Shown piece after piece: positions 48,872-59,565 of a stretch of DNA of 64,000 nt. The notes under the pieces were generated by a model. It searched no databases. It had not been told where the DNA came from and saw only the letters and a program-made list of their open reading frames with translations. The stretch spans positions 544,001-608,000 of the forward strand of contig CBDCWI010000002.1 in NCBI GenBank assembly GCA_965223325.1, read 5' to 3'. Position 1 is the first letter of the stretch. Each line of letters starts with the position of its first letter. A program made the position numbers and the translations under genes. The DNA comes from Candidatus Multivoradales bacterium (GTDB lineage Bacteria; Acidobacteriota; Thermoanaerobaculia; Multivoradales; Multivoraceae).

Positions 48872-50781
48872 GATACGCCGGGATAAACCGGCATGGAGAA
48901 AGGAATGAGAGAGTCCCACCCTCGAAGGGGTAGCGACCCAGAGGGTCCCCGAGTCATGCGCCGGCTCCCGCGAGGGTGCGGTGAAGCGTTGACAGGGGCA
49001 CACACAGGCCGGGTATTGAGCCGCGAAATAAGAATTTGGGAGTGCCGACGCTGTCAAGCGAAGCGGAAGGCGAGACTCCGTAGCGCGCTATCGCGAGCTC
49101 TGCGGCGACTCCCCGCGGTCGTAGACCCTGTGCATGTGTGGAATCTCCATGCGCGAGAACCGGGAGATCCGCGATCTGGCCAGTTGGGTATCTGGTCCGC
49201 ATCGGGAAGGCTAGAGGCCGTAAGCCGATGACGCACGGATGGCGGAAGTCAGACAGGCCCGTAGTACCTGCGAAGTCGTCGAACAACGGTGGGAGACCAG
49301 CGGCGGAGGCGGTGGAGGGAAGGGGCCTGGCCAAGGGGAACACGGGCAAGCAAAACGCACCCCGGACACAGAGCCGGATGGAGAGTGCGAGCAATGCGCT
49401 GGGCCGTGTACGAGAAGCCGCCCGCAGGGGCAAGGAAGTGAAGTTCACAGCGCTTCTTCACCACATCACGGTCGAGCGACTCCGGAGCGCATTTGACGTG
49501 TTGCACCGAGACGCAGCGGCAGGAGTGGACGGAGTGTCATGGAGCGAGTACGCAGAATCTTTGCTGAGCAATCTCGAGGACCTGCACTCTCGTGTCCACC
49601 GTGGGAGCTACCGGGCGAGTGCGACTCGTCGCGTCTACATCGAGAAATCGGATGGGCGGTTCCGACCGCTTGGCATCGCCACGTTGGAGGACAAGATCCT
49701 TCAGCGCGCCGTCGTCTCGGTGTTGGATGCGATCTACGAGGAAGACTTTCTCGGGTACTCATACGGATTCAGGCGAGGCCGCAGCCAGCACGATGCTTTG
49801 GATGCGCTATTCGTTGGAATCACAAAGCGGAAGGTGAACTGGGTGCTCGACGCAGACATTCGTGGGTTCTTCGATGCCCTGGACCACGAGTGGCTGGTGA
49901 AGTTTCTCGAGCACCGTATCGGAGACCGTAGGATCCTTCGCCTCATCCAGAAATGGCTGAGGTCCGGAGTGATGGAAGACGGTAAGTGGCACGCGAGCAC
50001 GCGGGGGACTCCTCAGGGGGCGACGATTTCGCCTCTCCTCGGGAACGTGTACCTGCACTACGTGCTCGATCTCTGGGTCCAGCAGTGGAGGAAACGCAAC
50101 GCGCTTGGGGACATGATCTTCGTGCGCTACGCGGATGACTTCATCGTTGGATTTGAGAGGCAGGAGGAGGCAGAACGATTCCTCGAGGAACTGAACCTGC
50201 GACTCCGTGACTTCTCGTTGGAGATCCAACCCGAGAAGACGCGCCTGCTGGAGTTTGGCCGCTTTGCGGCCTACAACCGACGCGCGCGAGGTCTCGGGCG
50301 GCCGGAGACCTTCGAGTTTCTAGGCTTTACGCACTGCTGTGCGCAGTCTAGTCGAGGGAGGTTCTTGCTGAAGCGCATCACGAGCCGCCACCGAATCCGC
50401 AGGACACTGAAGGCTGTCGGTACGGCCCTTCTGGGACACCGACACTCGCCGCTACCAGAGCAAGGTCTCTGGCTGGGATCCGTGGTGCGAGGCTTCAATG
50501 CCTACTACGGCGTACCCGGCAACTCAGCGGCGTTGAACGCCTTTCGACAGGAGGTCATTCGGCACTGGATGCGCGCTCTGCGCCGACGCAGTGACAAAGA
50601 CCGCACGTCCTGGAAACGGATGTGGGCCCTGGTGGCCCACTACCTACCCAAAGCCCGAGTCCAACATCCCTGGCCTGATGAGCGACTTGTCGTCAATACC
50701 TGAGGCAGGAGCCCAGTGCATTAGCAGTGCACGCTGGGATCTGTGCGGGGGGCGCCGGGCAACCGGCGCTCCTACCGCGAT
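48872..50781 (+). mobile_element. Group II intron (IIB-type, tentatively bacterial class E), apparently full length
   Basis: Removing 48872-50781 restores the repeat (CGCTTG|CGCCGC); EBS1 CAAGCG (49055-49060) complements IBS1 CGCTTG (48866-48871); DV GAGCCCAGTGC..GCACGCTGGGATC near 50709-50741; DVI ends CCTACCGCGAT. Confidence 0.93.
49228..50703 (+). CDS. ltrA: Group II intron reverse transcriptase/maturase (no endonuclease domain evident)
   Basis: RPLGI..LEDK, SYGFR, DADI.GFFD, GTPQG..ISPLL.N.YL, RYADD, FLGF, domain X; ends just before DV. Confidence 0.95.
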   Translation: MTHGWRKSDRPVVPAKSSNNGGRPAAEAVEGRGLAKGNTGKQNAPRTQSRMESASNALGRVREAARRGKEVKFTALLHHITVERLRSAFDVLHRDAAAGVDGVSWSEYAESLLSNLEDLHSRVHRGSYRASATRRVYIEKSDGRFRPLGIATLEDKILQRAVVSVLDAIYEEDFLGYSYGFRRGRSQHDALDALFVGITKRKVNWVLDADIRGFFDALDHEWLVKFLEHRIGDRRILRLIQKWLRSGVMEDGKWHASTRGTPQGATISPLLGNVYLHYVLDLWVQQWRKRNALGDMIFVRYADDFIVGFERQEEAERFLEELNLRLRDFSLEIQPEKTRLLEFGRFAAYNRRARGLGRPETFEFLGFTHCCAQSSRGRFLLKRITSRHRIRRTLKAVGTALLGHRHSPLPEQGLWLGSVVRGFNAYYGVPGNSAALNAFRQEVIRHWMRALRRRSDKDRTSWKRMWALVAHYLPKARVQHPWPDERLVVNT

Positions 50782-51127
50782 CGCCGCAAGAGTGACGGTA
50801 GCGAGGGGCGTGGTAAGAACGCCCACCTCGACCCCGTCAACCGGCACCCACCACCGACCGCGGAAACGATGAAGGCACGGTCGGGCCTGACCGGGAGCGG
50901 TCCTGAGCCTTCTACAGTCCCTTCATCGAAGGATTCCGCGGCGCGCGACGAAAGACCGCAGTCTCAGGTCGAATGTGCAGGGCGACCGCCGTCGAACCCG
51001 GCTCGCGCTACGGACCGCTTGCGCCGCAAGAGTGACGGTAGCGAGGGGCGTGGTAAGAACGCCCACCTCGACCCCGTCAACCGGCACCCACCACTGACCG
51101 CGGAAACGATGACAACCACGCCCCTCG

Positions 51128-52348
51128 CTACCTCTCGGTGATCACACGGTGGGCGCGCAGGCGCAAGGCGTTGAGACGGATAAAGCCCTGCGCATCCGTC
51201 TGGTCGTAGCCGCCCGCTACGTCCATTGACGACAACTCCTGGTTGTAGAGCGAGCTCGGCGAGCGCCGCCCGAGAATACGCACATTGCCCTTGTAGAGCT
51301 CGATCCCGACCGTGCCGTCGATGAGCTCCTCGGCCTTCGCGAACGCCGCGCGAATAAAGTCCATTTCGGGGCTGAACCAGAAACCGTTGTAGATCAACTC
51401 GGTGAATTTCGGCGACAGGCTGTCGCGGAGCCGCAGGACCTCGCGGTCCATCGCGATGCCTTCGAGATCGCGCAAGGCTGCATGCAAGACCGTCCCGGCA
51501 GGCGTTTCGTAGACCCCCCGCGACTTGATGCCAACGAAACGGTTCTCGACGATGTCGATACGGCCCACCCCGTGCTCGGCGGCCAGTTCGTTGAGCCGTA
51601 CGAAAAGCGCCAGAGGCTCGCGCTCTTCTCCGCCCGGCCAGTTCAACTGCACCGGCCGCGCGTCCCGGAAGCGAAGCTCGATCTCGACCGCCTCGTCGGG
51701 CGCATCGAAAGCCGAACGCGTCAGGTCGTACATCGAGTCCGGCGGCGTTTTCGCCGGGTCTTCGAGCATGCCCGCTTCATAGCTCTTGTGCATGAGGTTT
51801 TCATCCATGCTGTAGGGCTTCTCAGACGATGCCTCGATGGGGATTCCCTCCTTCTCGGCGTACTCCAACAAGTCGGTGCGGCCGCGAAAGCGAGCCAAGA
51901 ACTCGGAGTCTTTCCATGGCGCGATGACTTCGAGGTGAGGCCCCAGTGCCGCGTACGCGAGTTCGAAACGCACCTGGTCGTTGCCCTTGCCAGTGGCACC
52001 GTGCCCCACCGCAGTGGCTCCGTGTTCGATCGCACAGTCGACTTGCGCGCGCGCGATCAGCGGACGCGCCAGAGAGGTGCCTAGAAGGTAGCGGTTTTCA
52101 TATACCGCGTTGCCAGCCACCGCCGGAAAGATGAAGTCGGTGACGAACTCTCCCTTGAGGTCGGCAATGATCACATCGGAGGCGCCAATCGCCTCCGCGC
52201 GCCGCGCACCGACCTCGAAGTCTTCGTTCTGGCCTACATCGGCAATGAAGGCGATGACGTCGTAGCCCTTCTGCTGCAGAACGCGCAGAATGACCGAGGT
52301 GTCGAGGCCCCCGGAGTAGGCAAGTACCGCTTTCTTCTTGGTCGACAT
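51128..52348 (-). CDS. argG: Argininosuccinate synthase
   Basis: [43 protein letters not shown]. Confidence 0.96.
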   Translation of the reverse strand: MSTKKKAVLAYSGGLDTSVILRVLQQKGYDVIAFIADVGQNEDFEVGARRAEAIGASDVIIADLKGEFVTDFIFPAVAGNAVYENRYLLGTSLARPLIARAQVDCAIEHGATAVGHGATGKGNDQVRFELAYAALGPHLEVIAPWKDSEFLARFRGRTDLLEYAEKEGIPIEASSEKPYSMDENLMHKSYEAGMLEDPAKTPPDSMYDLTRSAFDAPDEAVEIELRFRDARPVQLNWPGGEEREPLALFVRLNELAAEHGVGRIDIVENRFVGIKSRGVYETPAGTVLHAALRDLEGIAMDREVLRLRDSLSPKFTELIYNGFWFSPEMDFIRAAFAKAEELIDGTVGIELYKGNVRILGRRSPSSLYNQELSSMDVAGGYDQTDAQGFIRLNALRLRAHRVITER

Positions 52349-52513
52349 CGGAAGCTTCCTTCCTGTTGGGTTCATCTTGTGTGAGATGGGGCCGGCGCAG
52401 TATCCCCCATCCGGCCCCGGATCGGAACCCTTCGAGCGTGCGCTTTGCCGCAAGTGGGCCCACGCCGTCAAACCCAGAGGGCGCGGGCCGGAGTCTTGGA
52501 AGACTGTGGGCTC

Positions 52514-53869
52514 CTAGAGCGCCTCCACCGCTCGCACCGTGCCGCGGAATCGAGTGCGAATGCGCAGCGCCAACAGGATCGCGACGATCGAAAGGCCAAC
52601 GGTCAGACCCCACCATAGGCCCTCCGGGCCCATCCCGCGCCGGAAGGTCAGCCACCAGCCCAACGGCAGGCCAATCACCCAGAAGCCGACGAACGCCAAG
52701 AGCGCCGGCACCCGGGTGTCCGCAAGACCACGCAGAACCCCCGACGCCACCGCTTGCACCCCATCGCCAAGTTGGAAGATGGCCGCGATCGGAATCAAGC
52801 CAGCCGCCAGAGCGATCACTTCGGGTTCGGTCGTATAGAGGCCGGCCAGGAGCTGAGGCAAGGTCGCAAAGAGCACTGCAAATGCCAGCATCACGGTCGA
52901 GCCCGAAGCCAGAGCAAGGCCGGCCGCCACTCGCGCCTCCCCAACCGCCTCTCGCCCGATCGCGTTACCCACCACGGTAGAAGCCGCCTGGCCGATGCCG
53001 AGGGGAACCATGAACGAAAGGCTCGCCAGGTTGATCGCGATCTGATGGGCCGCCATCGGCACCGCACCGAGGCTACCCATGATCAGAGCCACGACTGAAA
53101 ACACCAGGTACTCAATTCCGACATGAAGCGCGATGGGACAACCGATCACCAGGACCTGAACGAGTCCTCGCATGTGGACCGCGGCAAGCTGAAAACGCCT
53201 GGCGAGCGGAAACAGACGGCGGCGCCCGAAGAACAGCAACGAGACCACGAGCACCCATCGCGAAAGAGAGGTTGCCAGTGCCGAGCCACTCACACCGAGT
53301 GCCGGGAAGCCGAAGTAGCCGAAGACCAACGCGAGGTTCGCAAAGACGTTGAAGACGTTGGCGACCACGATCGCCTCGACCGCGGGGCGCACGACGCGCA
53401 TGCTCTGCAGGGTCGAGCGCAGTACTCCGTAGATGAGAAACGCCAGGTTGCCCGGAAGAAGCGCGATCAGGTACTGGCCCGCCGGGTTCAATAGCTCGTC
53501 GCTCTGGCCCAAGAGATCGAGGTTCGAGGCGAACCACAGCATCGAACCGGTCACGGGCACCGTGACCGCCAACGAGACCACGAGACCGCGCAGGAAGACG
53601 TTTGCGACCCGCTGCTCGTCGCCAGCACCCCAAGCCTGCGCGATCAGGGGATCGAGCGCCAACAACAACGCCATGCCGAGAATCAAATGCCCCATCGCGA
53701 CGACATGGCCGAGCGCCCCCGCCGCCAGTGCGACTTCTGAAACCCGACCGAGCATCATCACGTCGACCGTTCCGGTCAGCATGAGACCGAACTGAACGGC
53801 TGCGATCGGCGCTGCCAGCGAGAGCAAACTAGCCAACGGCGCACGCAGAGACTCCAGACCACGTTTCAC
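52514..53869 (-). CDS. MATE family efflux transporter
   Basis: VDVMMLG, N..LVFG.FGFPALGV.G, AAHQIA, FQL.DG.Q...SGVLRG..DT; about 12 TM helices. Confidence 0.9.
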   Translation of the reverse strand: MKRGLESLRAPLASLLSLAAPIAAVQFGLMLTGTVDVMMLGRVSEVALAAGALGHVVAMGHLILGMALLLALDPLIAQAWGAGDEQRVANVFLRGLVVSLAVTVPVTGSMLWFASNLDLLGQSDELLNPAGQYLIALLPGNLAFLIYGVLRSTLQSMRVVRPAVEAIVVANVFNVFANLALVFGYFGFPALGVSGSALATSLSRWVLVVSLLFFGRRRLFPLARRFQLAAVHMRGLVQVLVIGCPIALHVGIEYLVFSVVALIMGSLGAVPMAAHQIAINLASLSFMVPLGIGQAASTVVGNAIGREAVGEARVAAGLALASGSTVMLAFAVLFATLPQLLAGLYTTEPEVIALAAGLIPIAAIFQLGDGVQAVASGVLRGLADTRVPALLAFVGFWVIGLPLGWWLTFRRGMGPEGLWWGLTVGLSIVAILLALRIRTRFRGTVRAVEAL

Positions 53870-54038
53870 TGCGCGACCTTACAGCCACCCACCGTCTGCA
53901 GTCGTTCTACGAGGAGTCAGCCGAGCGCCATCTGGCGTGCACCTGTTTCTCCAACGACTCGGTACCTGGCTGCCCGTCCGACCTCGGACCGGGACGGTAG
54001 GTCCATCGAGGCGCTTTCGTTCGCGCCACCACAGACTC

Positions 54039-55658
54039 CTAGTGCCCGAGCGCCGGCCCGGGACGGACCAACCGGAACTCGCCGCCGCGATGAGGCACCA
54101 CCGCGACCTCCAGAGCCTGATCCTCGACCGCTGAACCCTGTTGATGCGAATCGGGAACGGTTGGAACGGGCCGCGGCGACGGTGCAACGATGTAGGCACC
54201 TTCCGGTGGCGCCCGGTGATCCGAGAATGTTCGAACTGGATGGTCGAGGTAGTAGTAGAGCGACGAATGTTTTCCCGCGGCATCGGCCGGCGTGCGCACC
54301 CACACCGTCTCGCCGGGTGGAAGGTAGGAGCGCAGCACCTCTGCGTTGGCTGATTGCTCGCGCGAGCTGGCCCGCCGCGGAATGAGAACGAACGCCTGCG
54401 CCACCGCAAGAACCAGCGAGGTTGCCACCAGGAGCGTCGCCACCGACCGACCAGGTCTTCTGGGCACGGGAATCGCGAACGTCCCGAGGAGCCCACAAGC
54501 CAGAATCACTCCCGGCCACAGTGGAACCATCAACCAGACCGCCGCCGCCATGCCGGCGGCCGCCAGAACGAGCAGCAACCCGCGCAGGCCAACCATCGCC
54601 GCTCGTGGAACCGGTCGTTCGAGCAGCGCATCGAGCGACAGCGCCACCAGAATGGCGTGCGCCGTGACCAACGGCAGGTAGTAGCGGCTCTCGTTCGTTG
54701 GAACGAGCACAAAGGGAACGAGACCGGCACCGAGGAACGCAGCCGCCGCCCGCCCCATCCGCTGACGCACCTGGTCACCAGAGGCCACGGCTCCGCCAGC
54801 CAGCAGCAGACACACACTCCACGGAAGGAACGATGCCAGCACCACGAGTGGTTTGGCGAGCGTGATCGAAAAACTCGAAAGGTCCCATCCGCCAGATCGC
54901 ATCTGCGCCTCGCGCAGCGGATGCTCGAACACCGACCATCCGCCCACCAGATAGGCCTGGCGAAGGTAGACCCCGACAACCAGCGCGAACAGCGAGGCAG
55001 CCAACAGGTGTCGCCACGAAAAGAGCGCCGGAAGATTCCTGGTGAAGACTGCTGCCAGGATCAAACCTGGCGCGAAGGCCATCAACGCCGGCGTGCCTTT
55101 GGCGAGGAACCCCACCGACAGTCCCAGGTAGGCCAGCAACCAAAGCCCGAGGTGGGGCCTACGAGCCGCTAGATTGGCCGTCGCACAAACCACCGCTGTG
55201 CCCACCCCGAATGCCAAAGGCGTATCGAACTCGGCCACCCTCACCTTCTCGAGCAGAAGCGGCGTTCCCGTCACCGCCAGCGCCGCGAACAAACCAACCC
55301 GTGGGGTCACCCGCCGACCGAGGACGACGAAGACCACCAGACTGAGCGCCACCGCACAGAGTGCGAACGGCAGACGCAGGATCCACTCGTTGGCCGGCCC
55401 CGGGAGCGCCTGTGCGGCGGCCGACAGCCAGTACGCCAGGGCCGGCTTGTAGGTGTACATCTCACCGTAGACCTCCGGCACGACCCAGCTGCCTCCAGCG
55501 AGCATGGTGCGGCCGCCGTCGACCACCATGCCCTCCATCCCCATGACCCCGAAGCCTCCGAGGTTGGCGAGACAGGTCAGGGCAACGAACACACCCCACA
55601 CCACAAAGGCGGCGGGCCAGCGCTCGATCTCAACGGTCCAATGGCGGTCGGTCTTCAT
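54039..55658 (-). CDS. ArnT/GT39-like integral membrane glycosyltransferase
   Basis: WVVP...GE.Y.YKP.L.YW, RLP, FLAKG, LPW, RYYLPL; many TM helices. Confidence 0.8.
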   Translation of the reverse strand: MKTDRHWTVEIERWPAAFVVWGVFVALTCLANLGGFGVMGMEGMVVDGGRTMLAGGSWVVPEVYGEMYTYKPALAYWLSAAAQALPGPANEWILRLPFALCAVALSLVVFVVLGRRVTPRVGLFAALAVTGTPLLLEKVRVAEFDTPLAFGVGTAVVCATANLAARRPHLGLWLLAYLGLSVGFLAKGTPALMAFAPGLILAAVFTRNLPALFSWRHLLAASLFALVVGVYLRQAYLVGGWSVFEHPLREAQMRSGGWDLSSFSITLAKPLVVLASFLPWSVCLLLAGGAVASGDQVRQRMGRAAAAFLGAGLVPFVLVPTNESRYYLPLVTAHAILVALSLDALLERPVPRAAMVGLRGLLLVLAAAGMAAAVWLMVPLWPGVILACGLLGTFAIPVPRRPGRSVATLLVATSLVLAVAQAFVLIPRRASSREQSANAEVLRSYLPPGETVWVRTPADAAGKHSSLYYYLDHPVRTFSDHRAPPEGAYIVAPSPRPVPTVPDSHQQGSAVEDQALEVAVVPHRGGEFRLVRPGPALGH

Positions 55659-55747
55659 TCGGGGAGCAGCGGTCTAGTCTGGATCGCCCGGAACTCTACT
55701 GATTCCGAGCGCCTCACGGCAGCCCTGGGTGACGAACTCCCGCGCGA

Positions 55748-56836
55748 TCACGAGCAGGCGCTGAAGGCCTTGGTGTCGAGAACCGGCAGGAAGTCCTGGC
55801 CGACGGGTGACTCATAGACCTTCTCGTCCCCGGTCATCGTGTCGGTGACGGTAAGCGTCACACCGACGTTGGTCAAACCGCCAGCAAACACCCAGAACGA
55901 CTCCGACAGGTTGCAAGCATCGAGCACCTTGACCAGGAGCTCAGTGTTTCCGGGACTGAAGAACCAGAACTCGCCCGAATCGGCCGAGCCGAGAATCGCC
56001 TGACCGACACCGTCGTTGCCCTCGAAGTCGACGAAGTTCACCCGCACTGCAAAACGACCTCCGCCCAGACAATGGGTGGTGGCGCCGGCGCTACACGCTG
56101 GCAAGGTGAACTCTGTGAGTTCGAGCTCGTCGTCTTTGATGAGTCCGATTCCCGGCGCGAAGTACTTGTCGTTGATCGACTCCGGGTCGAGCGCATCGGT
56201 ATCTTCGGTGTTCAGCACGTTGGTGAAGGTCCCAGCCTCAACCGTCAAGGTGAGACCACGGCCGGTGATCTCAGAACGGTCAAGCGCTATGTCTGGCGCG
56301 ATCTCCTGAAAGAAGCGCGCCCCCAACATCGGATTGCCGGGCATCAGAACACCCGCCAGAGCGCCGTCTCTACCGGCTCGCCATTCACCCTCGTGCCCAA
56401 CGACCTCGCCGTCCTCGTAGTCATCGACGTCTTCGCCGAAGTACCAGACGTCACCGGTCTCGCGACAGTGGGCCATGAAATTCGTCGACACTTCGACCAG
56501 CTCGTCGTCTTCGTACTCCTCTTCGAGGAACACCCGAGTGCGCACCCCGTCGATGACCTCGGTTGCGTGCGTGACGGTGTGCCGAACGAAGACCTCGATG
56601 ATTTCGCCCTCGTCCTCCTCTTCTGCCTCGAGCTCGAGAACCAGACCGGGTGTCAGTGGAAAGAAGGGGTTGTTGCCCACCGAGCTGAAGGTGCACGCGT
56701 CGCGGTCGAAGTCTTCGGTGAAGTCTTGAGCGAGGAGCGGACTGGACAGCACTGAGAGCGAAAGAACGAGAACCGAGATGAGGCCGAGGAGCCCTGGCGT
56801 GGGAAAACCGGATAGCGGGCGGTGCTTACTTCTCAT
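55748..56836 (-). CDS. Secreted hypothetical protein with an acidobacterial C-terminal WFF..N.ELLVKVLDAC domain
   Basis: Signal peptide; NPFFPL.PG...GDVWYFGE...W.AG.DGA.AG domain; C-terminal CLGGGRF.V...FWFFSPGNTELLVKVLDAC...FWVF.GGLTNV. Confidence 0.75.
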   Translation of the reverse strand: MRSKHRPLSGFPTPGLLGLISVLVLSLSVLSSPLLAQDFTEDFDRDACTFSSVGNNPFFPLTPGLVLELEAEEEDEGEIIEVFVRHTVTHATEVIDGVRTRVFLEEEYEDDELVEVSTNFMAHCRETGDVWYFGEDVDDYEDGEVVGHEGEWRAGRDGALAGVLMPGNPMLGARFFQEIAPDIALDRSEITGRGLTLTVEAGTFTNVLNTEDTDALDPESINDKYFAPGIGLIKDDELELTEFTLPACSAGATTHCLGGGRFAVRVNFVDFEGNDGVGQAILGSADSGEFWFFSPGNTELLVKVLDACNLSESFWVFAGGLTNVGVTLTVTDTMTGDEKVYESPVGQDFLPVLDTKAFSACS

Positions 56837-56931
56837 GAGGTGGTCCTCTCTGCACTCTCATCGAGCGCCGTAAGACGGCTCGTCGGACCACGGCCACGCA
56901 GAGGCGTGGCCGTGACCCCAGAGCTCAAGCG

Positions 56932-59565
56932 ATGGATTTCGCTGTTACTCTGGGGTGGATGCGCGATGACGCCGAATCCTTCGCGACGGGTGGTTCACTA
57001 CCTGGCCAACCGCTGCACTTTCGGCTCGCGGTGCTCATGGTGGCCCTCGCGACCCTCGCCGCCGCCTCGCCCGTCTGCGCGCAAAACGCCAGTGAACCTC
57101 GGTCACTCAGAAGCGCTCTCGAAGAACTGGCAGCCAACGGCCTGTCGGTCATCTTCACCGAAGCGCTCGTCCTCGAGCACATGCAGGTGACCGAGGAGCC
57201 CCAGACCGATGACCCGGTCGTCGTGTTGCAGGCGCTCCTGGCGCCCCATGGACTGGTCGCTCTCGAGCGCACCGAGGGGCTTTGGGTCGTCGCTCGCGCA
57301 ACCGGCGCACGCCTCAGCCAGGGAATCGCCGGCAGGGTGCTGGCTCGACACTCACAAGAACCCGTCGCTGGGGTCTCGCTCTCTGCCCGGAACCTGAGCG
57401 GCAACGCTTCTCACCAAACGACCAGTCGCGGCGACGGTCACTTCGCGTTGCCGGACCTTCCGGCGGGAAGCTACTCGTTGGTGTTCGAACGAACCGGCTT
57501 CTTGCCCGAGACCTTGGCAAGGCTCGACGTGCGCGAGGAAGGCACACCGCTGGTCACCGCCTGGATGACCGCTGCACCATACCTGCACGAAGAAATCGTC
57601 GTGCGCTCTGGCAACATCACCTTGATCGGCGCCAATCCCGCGTCGCCTCTTTCGCTGAGTCGTGATCAGATCGAAGCACTCCCCCACCTCGGCAACGACG
57701 TCTTTCGGACGCTCGAGCTGTTCCCTGGCGTCACCAGCAACGACATCAGCGCCAGGTTCAACGTGCATGGCGGGCGACCGGACGAGGTCAAGGTCCTTCT
57801 GGATGGCCAGGAACTCTACAACGCCTTCCACCTCGAGGACTGGGGTGGCGCGCTGTCGCAAGTGGACGCCGGTGAGCTCGGCAATGCCGCCCTCACGACC
57901 GGTGGGTTCGCCGCCGAACATGGCGACCGCATGGGCGCGGTGCTCGACCTTCGCACCCGCGGCGCCTCCGGGCCTCTTCGAGGCCGCCTGAACGCCTCGC
58001 TGCTCTCCATTGCGCTCTCGGGTGCCGGCCCGATCGCGCGCGAACGGGGAGGTTGGTTGGCCTCGGCCCGGCGCGGGTCGCTCGACCTTGCGGGCCGCCT
58101 CTACGGAGACGAGAGGCCGGAGTTCTGGGATGGGTTCGCAAAGCTCGAGTGGATACCGACAAGTCGAGAGCGCCTCCGTGCCCATAGCCTGACCGCCCGC
58201 AACCAGCTGCGTTTCACCGAGCAGGTCCTTGGCGACGACTTCATCGAGGAGTCCAACTTCGCAACCAACTACAACAACGCGGTTCACTGGCTGAGCCATC
58301 AGGTGGCAGTCGGCTACCACTCGCTGGCCACCACCCGTGTCTCGTGGTCTGAGGCGAGCCGCAATCGACTCGGCCTCGAGAACGAAGAGGACCAGAGCTT
58401 CATGGTCGACGATCGTCGAGACAGCTCCGTCATTGACCTGTCCCATGGCTGGATCTTTCAACTCAGCCCTCGGCGGAGTCTCGAGGCGGGTCTCCAGGCA
58501 CGGAGGTTCGACGCGGAGTTCGACTACTTCAACCGCTCCGATCAAGAGCTCGGCGTCGCTGCTCCGGGAAGCGCTGCGAGCACCTCGGACCGCGTACAAA
58601 CCAGCCACCGAAGCGACCACTTCGGCAGCTACGTCACCGGTCGCTTCGCTCCCGACCCACTCACGATCGAGGTCGGCCTACGCTACGACCGCCACACCTT
58701 GACCGATGACACGCTCCTGAGCCCGCGTTTCAACCTGGCCTGGCGAGTAGCCCCGAGAACCGTCGCACGGCTTCATTGGGGTCTCTTTCATCAAAGCCAG
58801 AGGCCCTACGAACTGCAGGTCGAAGACGGCGTTTCCACCTTCTTTCCCGCCGAGCGTTCGGAACACCGGACACTCAGCTTCGAACAGCAGGTGAACCGAA
58901 AAGCCAGCGCACTCCTCCGCACCGTGCGCGTCGAGCTCTACCGTCGCGAGGTCGACAACCCACGGCCTGAGTGGCGCAACATCTACGAACCCTTCAACAC
59001 CTTCCCCGAGGTCGAGCGCGATCGGACGTTCCTGGCGCCCGACTACCGCCTCGCCGAAGGCGTCGAGTTGTCGCTTCGCGGCGGCGGGCACAGGAACGTG
59101 GGCTGGTGGCTGAACTACACGCACGGGACGTCTGAAGATCACCGTGGGTCGGAGCGTCTCCCGCGCCCGCAGAGCGAACCCGACAGCGCCGCTTTCGGCC
59201 TCAATCTCATCTTGCCGCGGCACTTCCAACTCAACCTCGCCTGGCGGTACCACACCGGCTGGCCCACGACTCCTGCCAGCCTCGCCTTCAGGCCCGACGA
59301 AGACGGCGAACCTACGCCTATTCTGATCGCGGGCTCGCTCTACGCCGACCGCCTGCCCGACTACCATCGATTGGACATCCGTCTCAGTCGGCGCTGGCAG
59401 TTTTCGTCGTCGCAACTGCGCATCTTTCTCGACCTGCAGAACGCCTACGATCGCGACAACATCGCCGGCTTCGACTTCGAGGTCACGGACGATGGGTTGT
59501 TGGAACGCCATCCGGAGGAATGGGCGGGGATCTTTCCGTCGCTAGGGATCGATTTCCGGTGGTAA
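56932..59565 (+). CDS. TonB-dependent receptor with N-terminal STN-like and carboxypeptidase-regulatory-like domains
   Basis: Signal peptide, GRV...PVAG.....G.F.L..LPAG.Y, plug D.FR.L...PGV / VHGG, GLRYD, SPRFN, terminal aromatic FRW. Start uncertain (56959 or 57037 possible). Confidence 0.88.
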   Translation: MDFAVTLGWMRDDAESFATGGSLPGQPLHFRLAVLMVALATLAAASPVCAQNASEPRSLRSALEELAANGLSVIFTEALVLEHMQVTEEPQTDDPVVVLQALLAPHGLVALERTEGLWVVARATGARLSQGIAGRVLARHSQEPVAGVSLSARNLSGNASHQTTSRGDGHFALPDLPAGSYSLVFERTGFLPETLARLDVREEGTPLVTAWMTAAPYLHEEIVVRSGNITLIGANPASPLSLSRDQIEALPHLGNDVFRTLELFPGVTSNDISARFNVHGGRPDEVKVLLDGQELYNAFHLEDWGGALSQVDAGELGNAALTTGGFAAEHGDRMGAVLDLRTRGASGPLRGRLNASLLSIALSGAGPIARERGGWLASARRGSLDLAGRLYGDERPEFWDGFAKLEWIPTSRERLRAHSLTARNQLRFTEQVLGDDFIEESNFATNYNNAVHWLSHQVAVGYHSLATTRVSWSEASRNRLGLENEEDQSFMVDDRRDSSVIDLSHGWIFQLSPRRSLEAGLQARRFDAEFDYFNRSDQELGVAAPGSAASTSDRVQTSHRSDHFGSYVTGRFAPDPLTIEVGLRYDRHTLTDDTLLSPRFNLAWRVAPRTVARLHWGLFHQSQRPYELQVEDGVSTFFPAERSEHRTLSFEQQVNRKASALLRTVRVELYRREVDNPRPEWRNIYEPFNTFPEVERDRTFLAPDYRLAEGVELSLRGGGHRNVGWWLNYTHGTSEDHRGSERLPRPQSEPDSAAFGLNLILPRHFQLNLAWRYHTGWPTTPASLAFRPDEDGEPTPILIAGSLYADRLPDYHRLDIRLSRRWQFSSSQLRIFLDLQNAYDRDNIAGFDFEVTDDGLLERHPEEWAGIFPSLGIDFRW

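Larger units (their letters stand above)
48408..51132. repeat. Tandem array of ~240-bp units bounded by an 18-bp inverted repeat and interrupted by a group II intron
   Basis: Units start GGTAGCGAGGGGCGTGGT at 48408, 48647, 50797 and 51037 (partial); reverse complement at 51115-51132; units differ by only a few bases. Confidence 0.95.

Noticed and set aside
48408-51132. CRISPR array, DGR or retron interpretation of the RT plus repeats
   Set aside because: Units are 240 bp with no unique spacers, there are no cas or avd genes and no adenine-specific variation, and the RT has intron domains V/VI and a matching EBS1/IBS1.
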